Source: Candidatus Dojkabacteria bacterium (GTDB lineage: Bacteria > Patescibacteriota > Dojkabacteria > GCA-002793355). Taken from it: a stretch of DNA of 64,000 nucleotides. Shown here in pieces: positions 35,475-45,369 of the stretch (position 1 is the stretch's first letter; each line of letters begins with the position of its first letter). The DNA lies in assembly GCA_030583825.1 (NCBI GenBank), contig CP129477.1, forward strand, positions 247,252-311,251, given 5' to 3'. The notes under the pieces are model-generated. The model was not told where the DNA came from and ran no database searches. It saw only the letters and a program-made list of their open reading frames with translations. The position numbers and the translations under genes were made by a program.

Positions 35475-36908
35475 GAGAGTCGAAAGTTTCAAGAAATCAG
35501 AAAACCTTTTTCGTGGAATTTGTTTCGTTGCTTTCAGTGTAATAACAAGATGTTCAGGAACAAAATTCTTTTCACAAAGAGGGAAACTAAACGAGATTTG
35601 CCCACCTTCTTTTAAACATAATAATCGAGGAATATCATTCACAAAAACCACATCTATAGAATCATTCCAGTTGATTTTTTCCAACAAGGAAGATTGTTCT
35701 AAAAGCTTTATACTTTTGCCCTTCTTTCCTCGAAATACAACAGACTTTATGTTTACTGTGCCTATTATATTTGGAAAACTGACATGAATATCAGCATTAA
35801 CAGAGTTTGGAATAGTGAATTCTGCAACAGTAGATTTATCCCATTCGAAAAGGAGGTGCTCTGTTTTTTCATTTACAGTTACAGTGAGCTCCGGGTAATT
35901 GAAATTTACAATGCGGAGCTTATTGGAATATTTGTAAAATTCACCAAAAAGTTTTTGTCCAAAATACGCTTCAATCTCATTTTTTGTTTTGTCTGTATGA
36001 AGTAGTTTGTACATTCCATGAATGCCAAACTGTTGATGGGGTTGCCATAAATAATCAATACAGTATTTATAGAAATTGTATTCTTTTACAGGCTGTGGAG
36101 CTTGCTTATCTGTTATTTCAAATTGAGGAAATATTTCTGTGAGATCATCAATAACATCTGGAGAAACTACTCGTTGCAAGATTTGTGAAAATTCAAAGAT
36201 TACGCGATTCTGATTTCCCACAGTATTTGCACTCATATTTTTTGACCCTGACAACATTCGCATATTTGTAAGTGGTTCATCAATAATAAACATATTTTTC
36301 TGAAGTAGTAGCCTGATCCACATGTCAAAATCTGACATTAGCGCAAGTAATTGGTTATAACCTACATCTCCAATAAGATCTTTTCGATACATTGCGGAAG
36401 AATGAACAAAACTTCTGCCTCCTTCAATCATGTAGCGAAGCCACTCTATTCGTTCTCTATTTGTATGGTCGAGAGATTGATAGCTTTCATATTTTGGGTC
36501 AGATGCAGAAAGTTGCTCGCCAGCTTCATTAATATACTTTGTACGAGTAAATACTAATCCAATAGAATTGTCTTTTTCTAAAATTTCCACTTGTTTTTGA
36601 ATTTTCCCTAGCTCGAATTCATCATCCGAGTTAATAATTGCAATATACTTCCCTTTTGCGCGGTGAATCCAGTAGTTACGAATATGCTCACTTCTATTTT
36701 TCTCGAATGAAACAAATTGAATTCTTTTATCCTGAGCTGCATATCGTGAAATAATCTCAACGCTATTGTCAGGAGAAGCATCGTCTCCGATAAGAAATTC
36801 AATATTCTGGTACGTTTGATTCAGCACACTTTCAATAGCTTTGCCAACAAATTTTTCGTGGTTATATGATGCCATAATAACCGTTACAAGAGGCTCTTTC
36901 ATGCACAA
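35451..36908 (-). CDS. Family 2 glycosyltransferase with a C-terminal extension
   Basis: A GT2 N-terminus (VTVIMASYNHEKFVGKAIESVLNQTY...IGDDASPD). Confidence 0.75.
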   Translation of the reverse strand: MCMKEPLVTVIMASYNHEKFVGKAIESVLNQTYQNIEFLIGDDASPDNSVEIISRYAAQDKRIQFVSFEKNRSEHIRNYWIHRAKGKYIAIINSDDEFELGKIQKQVEILEKDNSIGLVFTRTKYINEAGEQLSASDPKYESYQSLDHTNRERIEWLRYMIEGGRSFVHSSAMYRKDLIGDVGYNQLLALMSDFDMWIRLLLQKNMFIIDEPLTNMRMLSGSKNMSANTVGNQNRVIFEFSQILQRVVSPDVIDDLTEIFPQFEITDKQAPQPVKEYNFYKYCIDYLWQPHQQFGIHGMYKLLHTDKTKNEIEAYFGQKLFGEFYKYSNKLRIVNFNYPELTVTVNEKTEHLLFEWDKSTVAEFTIPNSVNADIHVSFPNIIGTVNIKSVVFRGKKGKSIKLLEQSSLLEKINWNDSIDVVFVNDIPRLLCLKEGGQISFSFPLCEKNFVPEHLVITLKATKQIPRKRFSDFLKLSTLLLRKKKT

Positions 36909-36945
36909 GTATATCAGTATTACGCACTTTCTGTTATAGTTAAGA

Positions 36946-37890
36946 ATGTTTCAGAGGATAAAACGACTACAAAAGAAGGTTTCTTCTCTTCTTCGCCTGC
37001 CCGAAGAAATTGAGCAGTTAAAAACTGAAATTCGCTCCGATCAAAAACCTTTTGCACCAAACCAGGACAGAATTGCCGAATATATTCAGCGCCATGAAAA
37101 TGACAAACTAACAGCAAGAATTTGCCGCGAAATTGACTTCAAAATGGGCTGGTACAAACGCTGGTGCAAAGAAATCAAAATGGAGCCTCGACTTCATCGA
37201 AAGCAATGGGAATTCATGTTTATTTGTCAGGCACTTTTTGAACGAGGATTATTAGCTCCAGGTAAAAAAGGCTTAGGATTTGCAGTTGGCACAGAACCAT
37301 TACCTGCTCTTTTTACAAAATATGGATGCGAGATACTCGCAACCGATATCAATCCCGATGAGGGAGAAAAAAAAGGCTGGGCAAATGGAGAGCAACTCTG
37401 CTACGGAAAAGATAGCTTAAATACGCTTGGTATTTGTCCACCAGAAGAATTCGACAAACTCGTTTCTTACAGAGAAGTTAATATGAATCATATTCCTGAA
37501 GATTTAAAGGGATTTGATTTTACATGGTCTGCCTGCTCTTTTGAACATCTAGGTTCTATTGAAAAGGGCTTACAGTTTTTCAAAAACCAACTAAAAACAC
37601 TAAAACCTGGCGGTTGGGCAATTCATACTACCGAGTATAACTTAAGCTCAAATACCGACACTTTTGAAGATGAGAACGTGGTTTTATTCCGACAGCAGGA
37701 TATTCTGAAAGTCCTTAAAGAGCTTGAAAGTGAAGGTCATTACGTAGAAATTCCTGACTTTTCGATGGGATGGCTACCAACAGATTACCACGTTGATGTT
37801 CCTCCATTTGCAGAAGCTCCACATACTCGACTAAAATTATTCGACTATGTATCAACGTCTATTGCGTTAATCGTTCAGAAAAAATCATAA
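36946..37890 (+). CDS. Class I SAM-dependent methyltransferase
   Basis: A motif I-like GLGFAVGTEPLPALFTKYGCEILATD. Contains an A8 homopolymer at 37367-37374. Confidence 0.55.
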   Translation: MFQRIKRLQKKVSSLLRLPEEIEQLKTEIRSDQKPFAPNQDRIAEYIQRHENDKLTARICREIDFKMGWYKRWCKEIKMEPRLHRKQWEFMFICQALFERGLLAPGKKGLGFAVGTEPLPALFTKYGCEILATDINPDEGEKKGWANGEQLCYGKDSLNTLGICPPEEFDKLVSYREVNMNHIPEDLKGFDFTWSACSFEHLGSIEKGLQFFKNQLKTLKPGGWAIHTTEYNLSSNTDTFEDENVVLFRQQDILKVLKELESEGHYVEIPDFSMGWLPTDYHVDVPPFAEAPHTRLKLFDYVSTSIALIVQKKS

Positions 37891-37908
37891 TATTTTAGCC
37901 GTGCAACT

Positions 37909-38676
37909 GTGATTACGGGAAACTACTTTGAGCTCCTGCGAGAGTTCTTTATTACAGATTTCAAGCTGCGCTACAAGCACTCTTATTTGGGATTTCTTTG
38001 GGTTGTTTTAAAACCTCTTTCCTACTATGTCGTGCTGTTTGTTATCTGGACGTCTCTTTTAGGTAAAGGCGAAGATTTTGCATCGTATTTAATGCTTGGC
38101 ATTTTAACACTTACTTATTTTGTTGACGGCGTCATTTTCGGTATGCAGTCACTGTACAACAAGGCTCATATTATTTTGAAAGTAAACTTTCCACGTGAAG
38201 TTGTTGTCTTTAGTGCAATTGGGATTGCTGCAACAAACTTTTTTATAAACTTGGGTATTTATTTTCTTGCAAGAATTGTTTCTGGAAAACCTCTTATTTC
38301 TGAATTCTGGTATTGGGGATTATTGGCTATCATTCTTGAAACAATACTCCTACTTGGAATTTCATTTTTCACCAGTATAATTACAGTCACAATGCAGGAT
38401 ATCAAGCACTTGATAGAGCTTGTATTGCAATTAATTTTTTGGGCAACTCCCATCTTTTATTCACTTTCCAGCTTACCTGCATGGCTTGGGCAAACACTTA
38501 CAATTGTTAATCCTTTAGTCATTATTGTTTCATTATTACGTGCAGGACTTATTGGAGAAGCATTGACGATAAACCCATGGCATATTCTTGTATTCTCTGT
38601 AGGAGTTGTTGTCTTCACAGTACTTGGGTACATCTTTTTCAAAGCGAAATTACCTAAAATTGCAGAACGGTTTTAA
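37909..38676 (+). CDS. ABC-2 type polysaccharide/teichoic-acid export permease (Wzm/TagG-like)
   Basis: Six TM helices and an ABC-2 signature. The gene abuts the ATPase gene. Confidence 0.65.
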   Translation: MITGNYFELLREFFITDFKLRYKHSYLGFLWVVLKPLSYYVVLFVIWTSLLGKGEDFASYLMLGILTLTYFVDGVIFGMQSLYNKAHIILKVNFPREVVVFSAIGIAATNFFINLGIYFLARIVSGKPLISEFWYWGLLAIILETILLLGISFFTSIITVTMQDIKHLIELVLQLIFWATPIFYSLSSLPAWLGQTLTIVNPLVIIVSLLRAGLIGEALTINPWHILVFSVGVVVFTVLGYIFFKAKLPKIAERF

Positions 38677-39404
38677 TGAATGCAATTACCGTAGAGAATA
38701 TTTCAAAGAAATTTATTATCCCGCATAGAAAAAAGACCTCAATAGTCGAATGGATTACTCAATTATTTGCTAAAAAAGAAGTTGATACGCTTCATGTGCT
38801 TCAGGATGTTTCTTTCTCAATTGAAAAGGGAAAGACTGTTGGAATTATTGGAACAAATGGATCGGGTAAATCTACACTTTTAAAACTTCTTGCAGGAATT
38901 TATCTTCCTGACGAAGGAACAATCGAAAAAAATGGAAAAGTTGTTCCATTTTTGGAGCTTGGCGTTGGTTTTAACCCTGAACTTACCGGTCGAGAAAATA
39001 TATTTTTGAACGGTGCAATTCTTGGTATGCCACGAGCATATCTTACTGAGAAATTCGACAATATTGTTGCATTTGCAGAGCTTGAACGCTTTATTGATTT
39101 GCCAATTAAAAACTACTCTTCTGGGATGCAGGTACGACTCGCCTTTTCAATTGCATTTATGATCGAAGCCGATATTTACCTTCTCGACGAAGTATTCTCC
39201 GTGGGAGATCAAAAGTTTCAGGCAAAGAGCAAAAAGATTTTTGAGGATTTAAAAAGTAACGGCAAAACGTTACTACTGGTCTCTCACTCGCTGGACACGA
39301 TTCAAAATTACTGTGACCAGATTCTGTTTGTAAATAATGGGCGAGTTACTTTTTACTCAAATGTGAAAGACGGAATAGATGCGTATATTGCATCTTTGTC
39401 ATAA
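38676..39404 (+). CDS. ABC transporter ATP-binding protein (Wzt/TagH-like, short form)
   Basis: Walker A GTNGSGKST, LSGGQ-like SSGMQ signature, and Walker B. Confidence 0.8.
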   Translation: MNAITVENISKKFIIPHRKKTSIVEWITQLFAKKEVDTLHVLQDVSFSIEKGKTVGIIGTNGSGKSTLLKLLAGIYLPDEGTIEKNGKVVPFLELGVGFNPELTGRENIFLNGAILGMPRAYLTEKFDNIVAFAELERFIDLPIKNYSSGMQVRLAFSIAFMIEADIYLLDEVFSVGDQKFQAKSKKIFEDLKSNGKTLLLVSHSLDTIQNYCDQILFVNNGRVTFYSNVKDGIDAYIASLS

Positions 39405-39424
39405 ATCAGCCGTATAAAGAAAAG

Positions 39425-40747
39425 TTACTCAATCTCAGAAAATGCGCGTTGCAATTTCTGCTGCAAGACTGATTCTGTAAATAATGCGGATTGCTTTCTT
39501 CCTTTAATAATAAGCTCTTTTTGCAAAGATTCGTCCGTTATTACCTTGACCATAGCATCAGCAATTGCCGAGATTGAATATGGATTTGCAATAGGGACAA
39601 CCGCGTCTCCAGCGACTTCTTTTGTTGCCCCTACAAGACTTGTCGCAACAGGACAATCAAAGACAAATGCCTCAAGTACCGGAAGGCTAAACCCTTCGTA
39701 CAGTGTTGGGTTAATCAGCGCTGCTGCATTTTGCAGGAGTGAATATTTATCTTCTTCGCTTGCATAGCCTGTAAAAATAATATTGTTTCGAATTCGTCTT
39801 GGTGCGCTTCGCGCTTCATCTTTAATCGCTTTTGCGTGCGCAGTTTTATCATTGCCTAAAATAACGAGCTTCTTCCCTAATTTATCTGCGACTGAAACAT
39901 ATGCTTGAATAAGCCGATGAACATTTTTTCTTCGCTCAACCGATGACATGAATAATAAATATGAACCTTTTTCAAGATTAAACTTTGTGAGGGCGGAATC
40001 AAGTCCTTTAAATGATGCAAGTTCTTCTTCGTATGCAGATACCGCAGCTCCGACATTTACCACATGCGCGTCTTCTTTAATTTCCAAAATTTTCTTCTTG
40101 GAATCTTCAGAAATGGTAAGAATCATATTCGAATTCTTTGTTGCTGTATCAAGCCGCTGTGCAAGCTTTAGCAGCCACTTATTGCCGGCTGATTCTTCAC
40201 TGATTTCAAATGGAATAAGGTCGTAAATAATTTGCGCTACTTTAACATGTTTCATTTTGGGGAGCGCAATTGGATAACTAACGACGACGACGTCAGCGTC
40301 AACTTTTTGTGCAAGTTTTGAAACGAAGTATCCTCGCAAAAATCGGGGCATAACATTTACGAATTTGTAAAATCCGGGAATATTCACTGTCTCATCAATA
40401 TACTGCAATGTGGCAATTCCGGCTGTACTATTTTTTTCAATATGGGTCACCTGAGGACTCGCAAAAAGCCCTGAGAAAAAATCAATAAAGATGCTTAATC
40501 TGCCAGGATAAGTATACATTTCAGACAATAATGTTTTTGCATCGGCAAAATACTTATTCACGTATGTACGAGATACTTTTTTCTTTAGTTCACTTGAACT
40601 CACCTTTACCGAAAGCTGAGGATAGCTTGTAGTAACAGCTATAGAGTTCCCTGCAGTATGCAATGCTTTAATATATTGCTTGATAACAAACTGTACGCCT
40701 CGATACTTTGTGTCTTCAATTTCCGGCGTTATGAAGAGTACTTTCAT
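39425..40747 (-). CDS. GT4-family (GT-B) glycosyltransferase
   Basis: The C-terminal EGFSLPVLEAF motif typical of GT4. Confidence 0.7.
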   Translation of the reverse strand: MKVLFITPEIEDTKYRGVQFVIKQYIKALHTAGNSIAVTTSYPQLSVKVSSSELKKKVSRTYVNKYFADAKTLLSEMYTYPGRLSIFIDFFSGLFASPQVTHIEKNSTAGIATLQYIDETVNIPGFYKFVNVMPRFLRGYFVSKLAQKVDADVVVVSYPIALPKMKHVKVAQIIYDLIPFEISEESAGNKWLLKLAQRLDTATKNSNMILTISEDSKKKILEIKEDAHVVNVGAAVSAYEEELASFKGLDSALTKFNLEKGSYLLFMSSVERRKNVHRLIQAYVSVADKLGKKLVILGNDKTAHAKAIKDEARSAPRRIRNNIIFTGYASEEDKYSLLQNAAALINPTLYEGFSLPVLEAFVFDCPVATSLVGATKEVAGDAVVPIANPYSISAIADAMVKVITDESLQKELIIKGRKQSALFTESVLQQKLQRAFSEIE

Positions 40748-40870
40748 GACTTATTATATATGCCAAGCGGACATAGGGCAAACTTTTTCATATTGCTGTA
40801 GTAAACTTCACTTTACTAGACATGTCCTCTGCTTCGAATAAAATATGAACATAATTTAATTATTTTTACG

Positions 40871-41581
40871 ATGAAAGACTTGCACGAGATACAAAGAAAA
40901 ATTTTAATGAAGCTCTTGTTTGCGAAAGACCTCCGTTATTCCGATATGAAACCCGATGAAAGAATGGAAAACAGCCAATTTGATTTTCACCTCGATACCC
41001 TCATTGGGCAAGGATTTATCTCAAAAGAAAACGATAAATATGCGCTTACTACAAAGGGGAAAGAATTCGCAAATCGCCATGACTCTGACACAACAAAGCT
41101 AAAAGTTCAGGCAAAAATATCGGTCTGGATTGCTGCGTATCGCGATCACGAAGACAAAAGAGAATATCTTATTTACACTCGGTTAAAGAATCCCTTTTAT
41201 GGCGCACAAGGCTTTATTGCAGGAAAACTGGATTATGGAGAAAAAGTATTGGATGGAACAAAACGCGAACTTCTTGAAGAGGCAAACTTAAAAGGAGAAC
41301 CAGAGCTGGTTCACATTCGTCACTACATCAATAAAAACAAAGAGACTAACGAAGTTATTGAAGATAAGTTTTTCTTTCTTTGCGTCGTAAAAAACCCAAC
41401 AGGAGAAATTGTTTCCAGCAACGAAGGTTTATATGAATGGGTTTCAAAAGAGCAGTTCAAAGAAAAAGTTACAAATCACTTTGAAAACTTCGATTCATTT
41501 CTGCGAGATATAGACATAATAGAACAATTCGATGGACAGATAACATTTGATGAGCGAGTTGAGTACCCGGAAAAATTCTAA
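40871..41581 (+). CDS. NUDIX hydrolase with an N-terminal winged-helix-like domain
   Basis: Nudix box GKLDYGEKVLDGTKRELLEEANL. Confidence 0.65.
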   Translation: MKDLHEIQRKILMKLLFAKDLRYSDMKPDERMENSQFDFHLDTLIGQGFISKENDKYALTTKGKEFANRHDSDTTKLKVQAKISVWIAAYRDHEDKREYLIYTRLKNPFYGAQGFIAGKLDYGEKVLDGTKRELLEEANLKGEPELVHIRHYINKNKETNEVIEDKFFFLCVVKNPTGEIVSSNEGLYEWVSKEQFKEKVTNHFENFDSFLRDIDIIEQFDGQITFDERVEYPEKF

Positions 41582-41626
41582 GCTCGCCATTCTTATTGCT
41601 TTCTCTTTGAATACTTAGAACAAGCG

Positions 41627-42310
41627 TTAATTTTGGACAATAATATTCGCAGGCTCAGATGCTGTCAGTGTTGTTCTAATCACTTCATCAAAGGTCATGT
41701 CTTCTGGAAGCACATCACAGGAAACACTACTGATTCGGTATCGCATTCTTACTGAGCTAAGTACATTGGCCATTTTCTGGATATTTCTATCATTTTCTAA
41801 CTTTTCAACAGAGTTTGAAGTAATATTTCCTACAACAAGAAAGCGCGATCTTCTTGACGGGTCAACTCTTGTCATTAAAAGTTGCCCAAATGCCTGACCT
41901 GCAAATTTAATTGCACCAATAGCTCCCATTCTAGGGCGGTCAGCTTGTAAATCATCTTCAAGGTTTAAATTGATATATGCAATTGGTTCATCATCGCCAA
42001 TTTCAATATCATTATCTTTTAGCGGTTGGTTGTGCCGTCCAGCAACTGCGCCGGTCATATAGTCTGTATTTCCTTTAATTACTGCTGCGTCGTTTGCAAC
42101 TTCTGGAGAAAGACGAGTAACAATAACATGCTCAAAAGATTCGCCTGCAATGTCAATGGGACTTGGCATTTTGTAATAAAAACTTCTAAATGAGCCAACT
42201 TGATATGGCATTTCTACGGGAATTACTTCACCGTCCTGGATTTTTTCGTCTAGAAGTTTTTCAAAAGCCTCCTGACCATGAGGGTTTCTTTGTATTTTTA
42301 CATCAACCAT
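41627..42310 (-). CDS. Hypothetical protein (227 aa)
   Basis: An ORF with higher GC than its neighbours and no recognisable motif. Confidence 0.4.
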   Translation of the reverse strand: MVDVKIQRNPHGQEAFEKLLDEKIQDGEVIPVEMPYQVGSFRSFYYKMPSPIDIAGESFEHVIVTRLSPEVANDAAVIKGNTDYMTGAVAGRHNQPLKDNDIEIGDDEPIAYINLNLEDDLQADRPRMGAIGAIKFAGQAFGQLLMTRVDPSRRSRFLVVGNITSNSVEKLENDRNIQKMANVLSSVRMRYRISSVSCDVLPEDMTFDEVIRTTLTASEPANIIVQN

Positions 42311-42332
42311 AGGTATAAATAATGAATTTATA

Positions 42333-43382
42333 TTATGACCGCGCTAACACGATCCTTTTTACATCTTCACCAATTGGAATTGCTTCCGGGCCAACAACCA
42401 AATCATCGTGCCCAATACCATCAACGTGATAAACATTATCTGTCATCCATTGTTCTCCCATAATTACAGTGCTTGGCGCACCTGGAACAACGAGCTCATC
42501 CTCCCCTGCTAAATAAATATGTACCGGCACATCCAAGTACCGCGCCAACTTGCCGGCTTCGACAGAATATTTTCCTAGCATGACCTGACTCAGTGCTTGA
42601 GAAGACTCCGGAAAAAGCAAGTTTTCATCAACAAAACGCGTTACAAATTGAGGATCAGTTTTTTCTGTAAAGAAAATTTCCTGTACAGTCTGCGGCGTTG
42701 TTATAAATTTTTGCTTATTAAGCATTTTTCCTGTTTTTCCAAGAAACGAAGGATCACTCAAAATAGTTCTCCCTACTCCCCATATTCCGCCATTATAAGG
42801 AGGCCCGCCACCCAAAATAACAACATGCGCAAGGTTCGGGCATCGAATTGCATGAGTATCGCCGTTTTGCCGCGCAACTGCGTATGCTGTAACCATCATC
42901 TGGATAATCGTAGATGACATTGAGTGCCCTACAAGGGTTACTCTTCGAGGAACTTCTTCTCCGCGTTCATTTTCGATAAATGCGTACTGCTGCACTACTT
43001 GCATTGCATGATGAGCATACGCATCTACGCCAAAGTCATCCTGCTTTGAGCCTTCTTTTACACGATAATTTACACCAATACATTTGATATTTTTGTCTCG
43101 AAGCCCTTCCACAATTCCACCTTCAAATGCGAGTGCGCGGACATCGTGAAAAGACCCCGGTAATAGTACAACCAACTCTTCTTGGTCATTTCTTTCAGGG
43201 CTTTCGGAAAAATCAACAATTTCTAAATGCGCAGAATGAGTATTATTTTCTGGAATATTAGCGTAAGTATCGGAATTTAGCGCTTCATCTATAAATTTGT
43301 TATATGCTTTTGGGTTCGCTACGCGAACTTCTTCACCATTAAATAACCGCCCTTGGATCTCGACAGTACGTTCTGGAGACAT
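42333..43382 (-). CDS. Alpha/beta-hydrolase, PGAP1/DUF676-like putative esterase/lipase
   Basis: A nucleophile elbow (VTLVGHSMSS) and downstream Asp/His candidates. Confidence 0.55.
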   Translation of the reverse strand: MSPERTVEIQGRLFNGEEVRVANPKAYNKFIDEALNSDTYANIPENNTHSAHLEIVDFSESPERNDQEELVVLLPGSFHDVRALAFEGGIVEGLRDKNIKCIGVNYRVKEGSKQDDFGVDAYAHHAMQVVQQYAFIENERGEEVPRRVTLVGHSMSSTIIQMMVTAYAVARQNGDTHAIRCPNLAHVVILGGGPPYNGGIWGVGRTILSDPSFLGKTGKMLNKQKFITTPQTVQEIFFTEKTDPQFVTRFVDENLLFPESSQALSQVMLGKYSVEAGKLARYLDVPVHIYLAGEDELVVPGAPSTVIMGEQWMTDNVYHVDGIGHDDLVVGPEAIPIGEDVKRIVLARS

Positions 43383-43463
43383 ATAACTTCTTTTATATTA
43401 TGCTTAGACTAGTCTGCCACAAAATAAGAAACCTGTCACGCGAATGCCAATCATAACGGCATA

Positions 43464-44117
43464 TTACTGCTGAAGATAGAGATTGGTGAGGCGTTCTAGT
43501 ATTGTGTTTACTCCTCTGCTTGAGCCGGAAGCTTCGGAAACAATAGCAAGTACATCGTCGAGAGAAGCGTTCATTTGAATATTATATCCATGCGCTGAAT
43601 TCAATTCGCTAATAATACCCGAAAGAGACGACTCAGACGCGCTTCCAACAGGGCGAATATATTCCAGCCCTGGAAAGTTATCATCAAATGTTAAGACATC
43701 AATCATGGTTTCAACTTCACTATTGGGATCTCCTTGCTCTTCCGACATTTTGACTTTGCGGCCGAATTTCCAATTTCTTCCCTGTTGATGATAGTACAGT
43801 TCAAGCTCTCCCTGGTCGTTGAATCTAATAGCATTAGTCTTTCCAGCAATAGAATGCTCATCTTGCATAGGATTTTTAACAAGAAAAACACCTTCATCAG
43901 TTGCAATATATGCTGCGAGCGTTTGATTTTCTGCAGAATCTAAAAAGACGCCAAGGCACCGACCTTCGATGGCTGAATATTTAATACTTTCGCACTCGGA
44001 TTGACCATAATACGTTACAGTAGGACTTTTTAACGTGTTATATCCGGCCTCTGCATCAAAACAAATAGCACGCTTTTCATACCATTCGTGTGACTGTTCA
44101 AACAATTTCTCCCCCAT
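43464..44117 (-). CDS. Hypothetical protein (217 aa)
   Basis: ORF with no recognisable motif. Same strand as the two preceding unknown genes. Confidence 0.4.
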   Translation of the reverse strand: MGEKLFEQSHEWYEKRAICFDAEAGYNTLKSPTVTYYGQSECESIKYSAIEGRCLGVFLDSAENQTLAAYIATDEGVFLVKNPMQDEHSIAGKTNAIRFNDQGELELYYHQQGRNWKFGRKVKMSEEQGDPNSEVETMIDVLTFDDNFPGLEYIRPVGSASESSLSGIISELNSAHGYNIQMNASLDDVLAIVSEASGSSRGVNTILERLTNLYLQQ

Positions 44118-44412
44118 GAAACCAGCTATAAATTTAGCGTTTTGGATTCATAATTCTGTACGCGTATTATACCAAATTTATGACCAAAAGTAAACTTTAA
44201 GCTCCCAAGTTTTGGGGTGAAATGCCAGTAGTTCTAGTTGGCAATGATGGTGATCGTAAAATCGAGGGAATATGTACCGACGACTAATCCTCCCGGCAAG
44301 GTGATCATGGTAGTAATTGCTGATCTTGATAAAGCTCAACAGCGTTCTGTGCTCAGTAAACTTATCGCACCTGAGTAAACATGCTATAGACAAAAGTGAT
44401 AAACTACACAGG

Positions 44413-45369
44413 ATGACAAACAAAGCAATCATAGTAAAAAATCTTGTAAAGCGATATAAAAAAGCCACTGAAAATGCCGTTGACGACATAAGTTTCACAG
44501 TAAAAGAAGGTGAATTTTTTGCATTCTTAGGCCCAAACGGAGCAGGAAAAACAACAGCTATTTCGATTTTAACGACTACTCTATCAAAAACGTCTGGAGA
44601 AGTTACTGTCGCAGGGTTTGATATCGAAAAGCAAAACAACGAAGTACGCAAAAATATCGGTATTATCTTTCAAAATCCAAGCCTTGACCTTAACCTAACT
44701 GCTGAAGAAAATATTCGATTCCACGCCATTTTGTACAATTTGTATCCCTTTTTCCCAAGCTTTGCTCTTATGCCACAGTCGTACAAAGATAAAGTTATGG
44801 AACTTGCCGAGATTATCGGCATAAAGGATGACCTTAACAAGCCGGTAAAATCCTTTTCAGGAGGAATGAAAAGAAAACTCGAAATTGTCAGAAGCCTTAT
44901 TCATAACCCAAAAGTACTCTTTCTTGATGAGCCAACAACAGGGCTTGATCCCGCCAGCAGAAAGAATCTTTGGCAATACTTAAAACAGGTTCGCAAAGAT
45001 TTAGGTACAACTGTTTTCCTTACAACACACTACCTCGACGAAGCAGAAGGCGCGGATAAAGTGGTTATTATCAACAAAGGTAAAATTGTCGCCGAGGGAA
45101 CACCAAAGCAAATTAAAGAAGATCTTGTCGAAAAATATTTAAGAGTCGAGTCAAAAGATATGTCGTCTCTTGAAAAAGAATTACAGCAGCAAAAGCTTGA
45201 ATTTACTAAGGATGGAGATGGATTCCGAGTTCACATCACTCATGGTAGCGAAGAAATTCACCAAATACTCAAGAAAATTACTGCTGAGCTGTCAGACATA
45301 GACATTCACTTGCCTACCTTAGAAGAAGCATATCTCGAAATAATTCAAGGAAAACCGGAAAATGTTTAG
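44413..45369 (+). CDS. ABC transporter ATP-binding protein (ABC-2/DrrA-like)
   Basis: Walker A GPNGAGKTT, signature FSGGMKRKL, Walker B LFLDEPTTGLD. The start is taken at the internal Met. Confidence 0.8.
   Translation: MTNKAIIVKNLVKRYKKATENAVDDISFTVKEGEFFAFLGPNGAGKTTAISILTTTLSKTSGEVTVAGFDIEKQNNEVRKNIGIIFQNPSLDLNLTAEENIRFHAILYNLYPFFPSFALMPQSYKDKVMELAEIIGIKDDLNKPVKSFSGGMKRKLEIVRSLIHNPKVLFLDEPTTGLDPASRKNLWQYLKQVRKDLGTTVFLTTHYLDEAEGADKVVIINKGKIVAEGTPKQIKEDLVEKYLRVESKDMSSLEKELQQQKLEFTKDGDGFRVHITHGSEEIHQILKKITAELSDIDIHLPTLEEAYLEIIQGKPENV

Noticed and set aside
44178-44651. 157-aa minus-strand ORF overlapping the ABC ATPase start
   Set aside because: It is antisense to a motif-supported ABC ATPase gene and has no recognisable features.
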